Positions 9,947 through 19,674 of a stretch of DNA of 64,000 nucleotides are shown here, piece by piece. A program made the translations under genes and the position numbers. The notes under the pieces are model-generated. The model saw nothing but the letters and a program-made list of their open reading frames with translations. It was not told the origin of the DNA and did not search any database. The stretch comes from Candidatus Poribacteria bacterium (GTDB lineage: Bacteria > Poribacteria > WGA-4E > PCPOR2b), in contig OZ220744.1 of NCBI GenBank assembly GCA_965116925.1, forward strand, positions 1,056,001 through 1,120,000, given 5' to 3'. How positions within the stretch are numbered: the stretch's first letter is position 1; every line of letters begins with the position of its first letter.

Positions 9947-11061
9947 TGATTTCCTTCTCGAATAATTTCGTTATAGAGCGTGTCGCGCTCAACGGAAATG
10001 CGACCGGCTTCCTCGATCAGCTGGACAATCTCTTCTGCTGAGATGGCTTCCGGCGTGTCAGCACCAGCCATATGCGTAATCTTCTCTTCCGTCACCGTAC
10101 CGTCGATGTCATCTGCGCCAAAGCTCAGCGCGATTTGTGCTGTCTTCAGTCCGGTCATAATCCAATACACTTTGATGTGCGGGAAATTGTCAAGCAACAG
10201 ACGCGACACCGCTATATTTTGCAGGTCGGTCAGACCGGACGTGCTCGGTAGGTAGTCCATTCGTGTGTTTTCGGGATGGAATGCCAACGGGATAAAGGTG
10301 ACAAAACCGCCCGATCTGTCCTGCTGCTCGCGAAGCTGAATCAGGTGGTCCACCCGATCTTCAGTCGTTTCGAGATGTCCATAGAGCATCGTCGCGTTTG
10401 TTGAGATACCGAGCCGGTGTGCGCTGTCATGGATTTCAAGCCAACCCTCTGCGCTCAGTTTACCGGGACAAATTTTTTCTCGCGTCTCCTCCGCGAAAAT
10501 CTCCGCCCCACCGCCGGGTAGCGAATCTAGTCCTGCCTCGCGCAACGCAATCAGAACCTCCTCAATTGACATCTTGAATATCCGTGCAAAGTGGTGGATC
10601 TCCACAGCTGTGAAAAACTTGAGATGCACCTGCGGCATCCGTTTTTTCAATCCACGAAGCATGTCAAGGTAGTATTCAAACGGTAGTTTGGGGTGCAATC
10701 CACCCACACTGTGAATTTCCGTGCAGCCGTGGTCAATCGAATACATCGCCTTATCCAGAAACTCATCGACGCTCATCTCCCACGCGCCTTCGGTCTCTAT
10801 ATTCTTCCGTGCAAACGCACAAAAGTGGCAACGGGCATGTAGGATACACACATTTGAATAGTCGATATGCTGGTTGAAGTTATAGTAGGCAACATTTCCG
10901 TTTTGTCGCTCTCGTACGATATTGGCGAGATACCCAACTCCGTTGATATCCGGGCTTTCATAAAGCCTTACCCCATCCTCAAATGAGAGGCGTTCCTCCG
11001 CCTGTACTTTCTCGTAGATGGGATGAAGCGTTGCGTCTGTGATTGGTAAAAATCTTTCCAT
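9925..11061 (-). CDS. mqnE: Aminofutalosine synthase (radical SAM)
   Basis: GLDSLPGGGAEIF, TNATMLYGH, FIPLAFHP, DNFPHIK.YW, GADDIDGTV.EEKI; Cys motif is CX5CX2C. Confidence 0.88.
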   Translation of the reverse strand: MERFLPITDATLHPIYEKVQAEERLSFEDGVRLYESPDINGVGYLANIVRERQNGNVAYYNFNQHIDYSNVCILHARCHFCAFARKNIETEGAWEMSVDEFLDKAMYSIDHGCTEIHSVGGLHPKLPFEYYLDMLRGLKKRMPQVHLKFFTAVEIHHFARIFKMSIEEVLIALREAGLDSLPGGGAEIFAEETREKICPGKLSAEGWLEIHDSAHRLGISTNATMLYGHLETTEDRVDHLIQLREQQDRSGGFVTFIPLAFHPENTRMDYLPSTSGLTDLQNIAVSRLLLDNFPHIKVYWIMTGLKTAQIALSFGADDIDGTVTEEKITHMAGADTPEAISAEEIVQLIEEAGRISVERDTLYNEIIREGNQWHRKAA

Positions 11062-11085
11062 TGTTACTCCTGTGTCAATTTTGAA

Positions 11086-11866
11086 TCAATTTCTAAATCT
11101 TTCAAAGTACTGGTCAATCTCAGGTCGTAATTCGATACCAACTCTTTCAAAACAATCTAATAGATCCTGATATGCACCATCTCCACCTAAAAAATCCCAA
11201 AATTCATCGGCAACTATTAGTTCTTGTTCTAAATCCAACATCCCTTTTGCTGTCCAGCGTTTATAAGGTTCGGGCTCATACGGATTGTAAGGAATTGCAA
11301 TGAGAGAATGAATATCAAGGTTTGGATTCTTTGCTAAAGCGATTGCACACCAGTCTAGCAGTGTTTTCTTAAACTTCTCAAAGTCGCCCTTGTTTGGCTT
11401 GACTGTTTTCAGATCGAAAAGAAATAACGAACCTTCATCGTTTTCAACCAACAGATCAGCCTGCCTAGTCCCTAGTCTATTCATTTGTCCTTTTTGACAC
11501 ACATTCTTAATCTTCTGAATTTCTTCGCATTTATCTGGATCTGTATCTCCTATTGTTAGCCCATTCATAATACCTTGGATTTCGCGTTGGGCATATTCGC
11601 TAATCTCGTTGCCAACCACATATTGTGATTGTGCCTTTACGAAACGAGTTTTGGCTAATGTCTCCGCGACTGGTTCAAAAATAGATGTTCCAAATGTTGT
11701 ATTCAACGACTGAATAAATGAATAGAGAGCCATTCTATCTTGCCCTAGCAAGCGATAATGAAAGGGCATGTTTTTAGACTCTCGTTTGTAATTTTGAATT
11801 TTTTTTCCTTAAACTCTCTCTGATTGTTGCTTCAACTGATGTGGTCTGTTCCGCGGATAGCGGCAT
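11086..11866 (-). pseudogene. Type II restriction endonuclease (TdeIII/MjaII-like), frameshifted at an A8 tract
   Basis: MPFHYRLLG.DRMALYSFI.SLNTTFGTSIFEP, DLKTVKPN, YNPYEP. The N-terminus MPLSAEQ...RKK starts at 11866 and is out of frame by one base at T-run 11799-11806. Confidence 0.8.
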
Positions 11867-11884
11867 ATTTATCCCAATCTGTAC

Positions 11885-13471
11885 TTAGTTTGATTTTAGG
11901 TGGAAAATACTCTCGGAATATGCGCCCTTGTCTTTTTCTGTTCTGTTGAGAACAGGTCGTTTATATTGATTGACAATCTGCATTCCCGAATGCTCCGCAA
12001 TCGTTGGATACATATTGAACTTGTCATTTGCCACCAGAAAAACATCATAATCTTCAGATAAGAATCTTTTACAATTCCGCAGCACCTCCGAAATACCTTT
12101 GATATATTGCTCTCTCGCTTCTTTTCCCTTGCCTTTAAAGAGCGGTCCAATCTCTAGTGCATCTTTTCGATCAAATTCAAATAGATCATAGGCGTAGGCG
12201 TGTTGTTCATGATAGTTAATCAATCCAACATACGGTGGACTGGAGAAAACCCCTTTAATCTTCTGCTCCTTCACGAGTTGAGAAAAATCTGGGTTATCTA
12301 CTTCTAATGCTTTGATAATGTCAATTGTCCGAGAATCTCCAGTTAGACAGGTTTGAAAAGTGTCAGTTCTCAATTTATCAAACTGAACGAGGCGTTGAAT
12401 TGTATCTTGACAGTATCGTTCCCACCAACTCAATATTGAAAACAATGGCTTGCACATCTTGCCATGCTTGGCACAGTAATAGACTGATGTTACGGGTTCT
12501 TTTAAGGTTGCTAAATCTGCATGAGTCGTTGCCCGGCAAGTACGGATTGTTCGACTCAAAATAATCTGAATCACCCGCTGTGTTTCACGATTTTGGATAT
12601 GTTTGACGCGCTCAAAGACAAGGTCGATCTCTTCTCTTACAGGCGATAAGTACCACATATCGAGGAAATTCTCTGATTTTCTTTGCCACAACTTGACTCC
12701 ATATTGGTTGATGAGTTGAAAATATCTGAGCGAGAATTGATCCTCTTTTTCTTTTCCATATTTCTCTTGATCAATCTGTCCTTGCCTGACTTTGTATTTG
12801 AAATCAGGAGACGGAAAATATTCATTATTAAACTCGTTGAGTTCTTCAGCGAGTTGTGCTTCAAATTGAGCGACATTGGATTCGCCGATAAACCGCTTCA
12901 AGGCGTTTGTGATATTGTGAATTTCATTCTGTACATCAACAAGACTATGTTTCTCTACTTTGATGTTGCTGATGAGCGTATTAAATGCGGAAATATCAAC
13001 CCCGATAGCGTGCATTCCAAGCTCGTTGGCTTGTACCAGTGTTGTGCCGCTACCACAAAACGGATCAAGGATAATATCACCTTGTTTGAAACACACATCT
13101 TTTTTGAAATCATCCGTATGACCATCTAAGAAGTATTCAACCAGTTGGGGGATGAATTTGCCTTTATATGGGTGGAGTCTATGGACATGTTTCGTCGTAT
13201 CGGCCTCTTTCAGATAATCAAATGACAACCCCCAGTTGATGTCTTCACCGAGTTGTGCCTTCCAGTTGATTTCTCGTGTGCCTAGATATGAACGGTAGTA
13301 TTTGATCAGATCCTGTTTTGAAACTCTGGTGGAACCATTGTCGTCATATTTCCGGATTCTTCCATACTGAATCAGATAAGAGATGTTAGAATTTGTCACA
13401 TTTTTTTTTAGATAGTCCGTCGCCCATTTGCTCGCTTCAGGAATTGTCATTAAATTTGTATCTGCAATCAT
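11885..13471 (-). CDS. Type II amino-methyltransferase (probably m4C) with N-terminal HTH-like region
   Basis: HPYKGKFIPQL, DPFCGSGTT (motif I), SPPY (motif IV); AT-richer than flanks; paired with the REase. Confidence 0.9.
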   Translation of the reverse strand: MIADTNLMTIPEASKWATDYLKKNVTNSNISYLIQYGRIRKYDDNGSTRVSKQDLIKYYRSYLGTREINWKAQLGEDINWGLSFDYLKEADTTKHVHRLHPYKGKFIPQLVEYFLDGHTDDFKKDVCFKQGDIILDPFCGSGTTLVQANELGMHAIGVDISAFNTLISNIKVEKHSLVDVQNEIHNITNALKRFIGESNVAQFEAQLAEELNEFNNEYFPSPDFKYKVRQGQIDQEKYGKEKEDQFSLRYFQLINQYGVKLWQRKSENFLDMWYLSPVREEIDLVFERVKHIQNRETQRVIQIILSRTIRTCRATTHADLATLKEPVTSVYYCAKHGKMCKPLFSILSWWERYCQDTIQRLVQFDKLRTDTFQTCLTGDSRTIDIIKALEVDNPDFSQLVKEQKIKGVFSSPPYVGLINYHEQHAYAYDLFEFDRKDALEIGPLFKGKGKEAREQYIKGISEVLRNCKRFLSEDYDVFLVANDKFNMYPTIAEHSGMQIVNQYKRPVLNRTEKDKGAYSESIFHLKSN

Positions 13472-13648
13472 TTTTGGCTCGTCTTTTTGTTCAGGGGCCC
13501 ACGTAAATTTCCAAGATCCGATATAAATATTATAGCCCAGCAGGTGCGACGGTGCAAGCGAATATTTCGTCTTGCCTGCGGCTTTTGTTTCTGTTACACT
13601 TTCGATGATGTGTATAATCTACTTATCTATTTTGCGAGGAAATCTACA

Positions 13649-14449
13649 ATGGATCTTGCGCCAGCCCGTATTATCACACTGATGACCGATTTCGGGACAA
13701 GCGATCATTACGTCGGCGTCATGAAAGGTGTGATTCTGAATATCAATCCGCAAGTTCAGATTGTTGACGTTACGCACGCTATTCCACCCCAGGATGTTAG
13801 TGGTGCTGCATTCCTGATTGATTCGGCGTATCGTTATTTTCCGACTGGCACTATCCATGTGATAGTCGTAGATCCAGGGGTGGGGAGTGAACGCCAAGCC
13901 ATCGTCTGTCAAACAGAAACAGCCTATTTCGTCTGCCCGGACAACGGGATTTTGACCCATATCCTCCGTGATGAAGAGCGTATCTACACCGTAGCAGTGG
14001 AAAATTCAGCTTACTTTCTCCCACAGGTGAGCAACACTTTTCACGGTAGAGACATCTTCGCTCCCGTTGCGGCACGCCTTTCACGTGGTATACCAATTGA
14101 TAAGCTGGGCAGTCCCGCTGCACAGCCTGTGCAGCTCCCCATCCCAAAACCTCAAGTGATGGACAAAGCGATTATCGGACAGGTTATCTGGATTGATTCC
14201 TTCGGGAATTTAGTCACAAACATCTCTCACGAAATCTTGCAGGTATTGGAAGGGCGGGACAACGTTGTCATCCATGCGGGAAGCGCGGAGATTGACCATT
14301 TCAACCGCTCGTACACAGAATCAGCAGTCGGCGAGGCTTTAGCAATCGTCGGCAGTTTTAATCGGCTGGAAATCTCAATCAACCAAGGCAATGCAGCACA
14401 AGTCCTCGGACTGAAACGAGGGGATACAATCACAATTTGTATGGAATAA
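13649..14449 (+). CDS. SAM hydroxide adenosyltransferase (DUF62 family)
   Basis: TDFG..DHYVG.MKG, VVDPGVGSER, PDNG, TFHGRD, WIDSFGN; GAGG RBS supports ATG 13649. Confidence 0.9.
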   Translation: MDLAPARIITLMTDFGTSDHYVGVMKGVILNINPQVQIVDVTHAIPPQDVSGAAFLIDSAYRYFPTGTIHVIVVDPGVGSERQAIVCQTETAYFVCPDNGILTHILRDEERIYTVAVENSAYFLPQVSNTFHGRDIFAPVAARLSRGIPIDKLGSPAAQPVQLPIPKPQVMDKAIIGQVIWIDSFGNLVTNISHEILQVLEGRDNVVIHAGSAEIDHFNRSYTESAVGEALAIVGSFNRLEISINQGNAAQVLGLKRGDTITICME

Positions 14450-14483
14450 AACCGACGTAGATCTTAAAGTTTCTAAATATCTG

Positions 14484-15266
14484 CTAATCTGTTTTATAAT
14501 CTGTTTGAGGCATACCTTCGGGTCTTGGGTAGGTTTCTAGGAAACCGTGTGGGGTACGGAGGAGGTACTTTAACCAACTTCCCTCTGGCGCATCGTCAAA
14601 GAGACGTTGGTAAAGCGTATCGCCTCCAAAAGAATTCGCAATGACCCCAGGACAGTAGGTGAAGATGATGGTCCTACGCACCTTATCCGTGGTGTTGAAC
14701 GAACCGTGGCGCATATCGTGAGTAAAAAGCAGGACAGAGCCCGCCTTCATCGGAATTTCAACATACATATCCTTCAATGCGTCGTCGGGCGGTGACGGAT
14801 AGTTGGCTTTGTGGCTGCCCGGAATGACCTGCAATCCACCTTCGCCGGGATTGATGTCGCACATTGCGTAAAACACTTGGAAGAGGTTGTGATGGATACG
14901 ACCGTTAAAGTGATAAAAATTGTGCGTTACCGACGGTGTGTGATTGGAGTGAGCCACCGTCCTGCCTCCGTTCCACTTAAATGTCACCCATGTTGACTTG
15001 AGTCTGGGACGATCCACCATCTCATCAATATAGGGGAGCACTTTCGGATTCACAACGAGGGCTAGTAAGGATGGCTCCTGATTCAGAATGTCATCGTATC
15101 TGACTTCAGGATTTGCCGATTTTGGCAGGGCGAGGAAATCTTGCAATGCCCGTTCTTCCCAGATATCCAGACGCTTGTTTAGATACGCGAGATAGTCAGG
15201 CGCAATGGCATCTTCGATCAACAGATATCCATTTACATCGTAGTGATACAGTTCTTCGGGGGTCAC
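14484..15266 (-). CDS. PhyH-fold dioxygenase lacking the HxD carboxylate (H-S-N)
   Basis: YDVNGYL, AHSNH, IPGSHKANY, distal RHGS, RR; GTG start with AAGGAG. Confidence 0.8.
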   Translation of the reverse strand: MTPEELYHYDVNGYLLIEDAIAPDYLAYLNKRLDIWEERALQDFLALPKSANPEVRYDDILNQEPSLLALVVNPKVLPYIDEMVDRPRLKSTWVTFKWNGGRTVAHSNHTPSVTHNFYHFNGRIHHNLFQVFYAMCDINPGEGGLQVIPGSHKANYPSPPDDALKDMYVEIPMKAGSVLLFTHDMRHGSFNTTDKVRRTIIFTYCPGVIANSFGGDTLYQRLFDDAPEGSWLKYLLRTPHGFLETYPRPEGMPQTDYKTD

Positions 15267-15340
15267 GATAAAACGCTCCTTTAGGGCTAAGACAACAATC
15301 GTTGTGCCCGACTGGGATACAAATTCGTGGTTCACATATT

Positions 15341-16129
15341 TTACGGTTCCTCTACTGGCACATACTCCGGAAAAACCTTCGGATAGCTGCGTCCGGTTGA
15401 GACTTGATGGGTTGCTGCATCAATGTAGCACACACTGAATCCCCGCCGGGGTCGATTTGTGGTGTTGACTTCTGAGCGGTGTAACGTCCAATTATGGAGC
15501 AGCACGACCTCTCCTATTTCCATCTCTAGATAGATCCGTTTCTCGTCCGGTGCATGGATTGCTCGTTCCTCTGGAGATAACTGATCGCCCTGTTCGGGGA
15601 TGAGGCTTTTGTGCGACCCCGGAATAATCTGTAGGCACCCGTTGGCAACGCTCGTCGGATCTAGCGCGGTCCAGATTGTCACCTTTGGTGGGATACTCAG
15701 TCCCCAGCCGCCGGCACCGTCTTGATGCCAATTGATGAGGACTCCTTGCTCTGCTGGCTTGTTGAAGAACATCGTGCGAAAAGCGGAAACTTCTTCTCCA
15801 ATAATCTTCTGCGTGATGTCTCGAAACAGTGGGTGTCGTATGTACGGCAGAAACAGGGGATCCTGATCAAGATCCTGAATTTTTCGATATTTCAGCGAAG
15901 ATCCCTTAAACTCTTTCGTCTGCTTCGACAGTTCGGGGTGACCGGCTGACGGACATAACTGCATAAGCATATTGTCGTAGCGAATCTTCCCTAGCATAAT
16001 ATCGTCGATACGCTGACAAAGTGCCTCAATTTCTTTGTCCGGTGCAACTTTGCCCAAACGCACGTATCCCTGTTCGTGGAATGTTGCAAGTTCGTCGTCG
16101 GTCAAAACCGGTCCGTGTAGGTTCGCCAT
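15341..16129 (-). CDS. PhyH family dioxygenase
   Basis: FFNKP, WHQD, IPGSH, LHRS..N....RR. Confidence 0.9.
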   Translation of the reverse strand: MANLHGPVLTDDELATFHEQGYVRLGKVAPDKEIEALCQRIDDIMLGKIRYDNMLMQLCPSAGHPELSKQTKEFKGSSLKYRKIQDLDQDPLFLPYIRHPLFRDITQKIIGEEVSAFRTMFFNKPAEQGVLINWHQDGAGGWGLSIPPKVTIWTALDPTSVANGCLQIIPGSHKSLIPEQGDQLSPEERAIHAPDEKRIYLEMEIGEVVLLHNWTLHRSEVNTTNRPRRGFSVCYIDAATHQVSTGRSYPKVFPEYVPVEEP

Positions 16130-16177
16130 AGTACAGCCTCCTGATAAAGGTGTCAGTTAAGTTGCCTATTTGATAAT

Positions 16178-16759
16178 TTAACGGGACTTGCGGTAGATAG
16201 TTACCTCCATGGCATCACGTTTGACCCAAGGCAGATCTGTCTCGAACCAGTGGGTTCGACTGTCATAATGGGAACGGACATGATTTAGATAGTCCGCCAT
16301 GCCCGCTGCCCCGATTCCCACGTTATCTGCCACAACAGTTGCCCCGTCGGTCAGCTGCGATTCGATTGCCCGAAAACAGGGGAAATAATTGCTGTAGTTG
16401 TTGTCGAGCAGCACGAAATCGACCGGCTCACGGATAGTTTTCAGCACTTCCGTAGCATCCCCAATCCGCGAATCAATCAAATCATTAACGTTAGCGCGTC
16501 TAAAGTTTTCCTGCGCTTCGTGGGCGCGTCCTGTATCGATCTCAACGGTGAATAATCTGCCCCTACCCGCAGATTTGAGTGCAGCAACCATCCAGAGTCC
16601 CGAATAACCGATAGCAGTGCCACACTCAACAATCAAGTTCGGTGCCGCTTTCTGAGCAAGATTGGCGAGAAACTCGGCTTTTTCATTACCAAGCATCGGT
16701 ATATGCTGTTCTCGACATCGTTCATCGACTTCTTGTAACACCTGATCAAACACGGTCAT
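16178..16759 (-). CDS. Class I SAM-dependent O-methyltransferase
   Basis: IVECGTAIGYSGL, TVEID, VDFVLLD, VVADN. Confidence 0.88.
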   Translation of the reverse strand: MTVFDQVLQEVDERCREQHIPMLGNEKAEFLANLAQKAAPNLIVECGTAIGYSGLWMVAALKSAGRGRLFTVEIDTGRAHEAQENFRRANVNDLIDSRIGDATEVLKTIREPVDFVLLDNNYSNYFPCFRAIESQLTDGATVVADNVGIGAAGMADYLNHVRSHYDSRTHWFETDLPWVKRDAMEVTIYRKSR

Positions 16760-16809
16760 TGGTGTTCCATCCTTCCGCAATTTTCAAGGCTTGACTTATA
16801 CGCCCCTTG

Positions 16810-18042
16810 TTAATCCGCACGGAACGTTCCTTCCTTCTGCACCCGCTCGTAGATACCGGCAAATTCCGTTGAGCCGTCGTCTTCCCATATTTCGGATTTG
16901 ATCCCCCGAATCGTGCCTTCTTCACGTCCTGTTACTCTGGTAGGTGAGACATAGGAGCGACCGTAGAAAGTATTCCCGCCCGGCATGTGCAGCACACCAA
17001 CGTACTTAGGAGGTTCTGTCGGCTTATTCGCTGCGATACGTGCCAGTGCGTCTTCGTCTACTTCGTATCCGAGTCCCGGACCTTCTGGAACGGGAGATGA
17101 TCCCTCGATGACAGGAATCCGCTTAGTGGTGTAATCTTCCTCGTATTGGTCGTCGAGATTGATGGAGTGAGCGGTGTGGGTGGGCAGAACAGCCGCCATG
17201 TGCAACGCCATTGCCTTGCCGAGTGTACCGGACTCAAACTGAAGTATTGTCTGGATATTCGCTTTTCCGCAGGCAAAGCCGGTCGCAATAGTGTCGCCAA
17301 TCGAGCCGCCAATCATGTAGATGTCGGCAACGCTGTGGAGAATTTCTTGGACGCTTCCGAGCGGTGTACCGTGCATGATAATCGGGAGACGGGTCTGCTC
17401 GCGCAATCGACGCCAGCCATCTACATCATTCTTTACGAGTGGGTCTTCGATATAACCGACAATTGGATGGTTACGTTCTAATTCCTGAATGATGGGCAGG
17501 ACCGCCGCCAAACTCCGGTTACTATTGAAGTCGTAATGAATCTTGAAACCCTCCGGTGCGACCTCTTCGGCGAGCCGAGTCTGTTCCATCACGTCGAAGT
17601 AATCGCAGGTGTGCATCTTAAAGATCGTATAACCTTGATCCGCCGCTCGACTGATTTCGTCACGGAATATCTCCGGTGCTGCCGGACGGGTCCACGCTGC
17701 AACCGGCACCGCATCCCGCACTTTCTGCCCTATTAACTTGTAGACGGGCACTTCGAGATATTTCCCCATTACGTCATAGAGAGCACAGTTCAAAGCGGAG
17801 CCGTAGGAGAGGTGATTGTTGATAAAGTCAAACGGATTGCGACCGATGAGTGATGCTGCGACTGCTGGATCTGGCTGCCCACCGGGGCGAACGCGCTGGT
17901 CACCGTAGCCAATTATCCCGGCGTCTGTCTCCACTTTGAAAACGGTGCGATGGTCTATGCCGTACAAATCGACCTTGCGATTGTCGTAACGTTTTGCAAG
18001 GCGCGGGTAAATCGGAATCACTTCAATGTTGGTAATTTTCAT
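16810..18042 (-). CDS. Mandelate racemase/muconate lactonizing enzyme family protein
   Basis: VETDAGIIG, ALYDVMGK...VPVYKLIG, KMH, DFN, IEDP, PEGPGLG. Confidence 0.85.
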   Translation of the reverse strand: MKITNIEVIPIYPRLAKRYDNRKVDLYGIDHRTVFKVETDAGIIGYGDQRVRPGGQPDPAVAASLIGRNPFDFINNHLSYGSALNCALYDVMGKYLEVPVYKLIGQKVRDAVPVAAWTRPAAPEIFRDEISRAADQGYTIFKMHTCDYFDVMEQTRLAEEVAPEGFKIHYDFNSNRSLAAVLPIIQELERNHPIVGYIEDPLVKNDVDGWRRLREQTRLPIIMHGTPLGSVQEILHSVADIYMIGGSIGDTIATGFACGKANIQTILQFESGTLGKAMALHMAAVLPTHTAHSINLDDQYEEDYTTKRIPVIEGSSPVPEGPGLGYEVDEDALARIAANKPTEPPKYVGVLHMPGGNTFYGRSYVSPTRVTGREEGTIRGIKSEIWEDDGSTEFAGIYERVQKEGTFRAD

Positions 18043-18205
18043 CTTAACACTCCTCGCAGGGCGGCTTCAATTCAAGGGAAGAAAATTGGACTTAACCGTA
18101 CTGTTTCAAAGATATGTTAACAGATTTCCCACCGTTGTTCAAGTAAATGGTTGGTCTAACATCGGGATCCATCGTATTCCGTGAGAGGGTGGAACCTTTG
18201 CTGAA

Positions 18206-19438
18206 TCAGACCGCCCAACCTTTTACCATGTACGCTTGCAATGTACCGCTCTCATCAGAATTGAAGAAACCTGTGCTGCCATCTGGTGAGAGGAATGGGT
18301 GGATATGGCTATCTTTCTGCCAAGAAGAGCGTGGATTGAGCAGAAAGGTAATGTTTTGCAGCGGCTCCGTTTCGTCCGTAGGGAACTCAGCTAGATAGAT
18401 TGCACCGCCGCCATCTCTAGGTCCAGCGTCTGTAATCAGATGCTGCCCAGCGATATCTGTGGCAAAATGATAGAAGTCAGGATTTGGGAAATCACGCGAT
18501 AGGTCGTTGCGCCTGCCACCCGGCGTATTGATCCCCAAATGTCCCACATGAGGCAGTGCCTGCCCTTCAATCAGTTGACAACTCTTAGGTTCCCGTGTGG
18601 AGGTGCTAGTCAGTGCTCTTGAACTACGTCCAATCCAGCACTGATGACCTTGACAGAACTCAATCCCATCCCGTCCCCAAGGCAGATCCCTGAGTTTCGT
18701 TCCGTCATCACGAAGGACGTGGATATCCGCCCCATCTCCACCAACTAGTCGGGAGACTTTTCCTAATGAATCGCAAGTATTTCCGTGGTTCTCTTGGATC
18801 AGGATATCGCGTGTTTCTTCAGCATCAAGGGATCGGCTATATTGTGGGTGCATATTGCACCATGTCTGTCCATGGATAATCAGTTCGACAGATGCTTCCT
18901 CTAAATTGAAAACCATCAAGCCCCAAGGCGCGTCCACAGTGTTGCCATCGCCGAAGAAGGCAGAAATCGCCAACCGCTTTCCATCAGAGGATATTGTAGA
19001 TAGCGGATAAGGACGGCTCGGACGAAAATTGGTGTTAGGAAGCGGCGCGTCAATCGTCAGCAGTGTCTCTCTGCCGGTGCCATCCATACCAACCCGCTTG
19101 AGCGTCAAACTCCCGCCGCCGGGGCGGGTCTCATTGATAAAATAGTATAGGGTTGTTCCATCAGGAGAAACGGAGGGGGCAATCGTACCGGTTTCGTCGG
19201 TAATTGGAATGAGTTCACAGTTATTCTCTATATCACAGATCAGATATTGATGTTCGGGGTCTTCCGGATCTGAACCGTGTGGATGCGCGGAACGGTGCAG
19301 AATGAATCGCTTTGAATCCGGCGTGAAGATCTGCGCCTCCATGTAGATGTGTGAACTGGGCACATCCTCCGTTGTTAATTGGAAAATTTCCAGTCCTTCA
19401 GGACTAGCTTCGGCTTGCATATCGGGTCGTTTTTTCAT
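18206..19438 (-). CDS. Oligogalacturonate-lyase-like beta-propeller protein
   Basis: HIY....FTPDS, HQCW, terminal HIHPFLSPDG..FNSD..G..Q; GGAGA RBS at ATG 19438. Confidence 0.6.
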   Translation of the reverse strand: MKKRPDMQAEASPEGLEIFQLTTEDVPSSHIYMEAQIFTPDSKRFILHRSAHPHGSDPEDPEHQYLICDIENNCELIPITDETGTIAPSVSPDGTTLYYFINETRPGGGSLTLKRVGMDGTGRETLLTIDAPLPNTNFRPSRPYPLSTISSDGKRLAISAFFGDGNTVDAPWGLMVFNLEEASVELIIHGQTWCNMHPQYSRSLDAEETRDILIQENHGNTCDSLGKVSRLVGGDGADIHVLRDDGTKLRDLPWGRDGIEFCQGHQCWIGRSSRALTSTSTREPKSCQLIEGQALPHVGHLGINTPGGRRNDLSRDFPNPDFYHFATDIAGQHLITDAGPRDGGGAIYLAEFPTDETEPLQNITFLLNPRSSWQKDSHIHPFLSPDGSTGFFNSDESGTLQAYMVKGWAV

Positions 19439-19674
19439 TGTCTCTCCAGTCTCCATGAACTTTCTGTGGCTTCTGTTGCTGTTTAACGTTACAGACGTGG
19501 TACTGTTGTTGCATCTCACTGTAGGCGGTTTCAATTCCCGTCTAGTTTAACATCAATGATAGATTCAATCAAGAAAAGTCGGTTGATCTGATGACTGAAT
19601 CGTGATACTATTTAAGCAGTCCAGCGGATTTCTCGATTACTGGAAAACTCTCGGATTTGAGGAACGGAGATATC

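Noticed and set aside
13649..14449. SAM-dependent chlorinase/fluorinase
   Set aside because: It retains the Asp-Arg-His triad (VVDPG, ER, TFHGRD) of DUF62 SAM hydrolases
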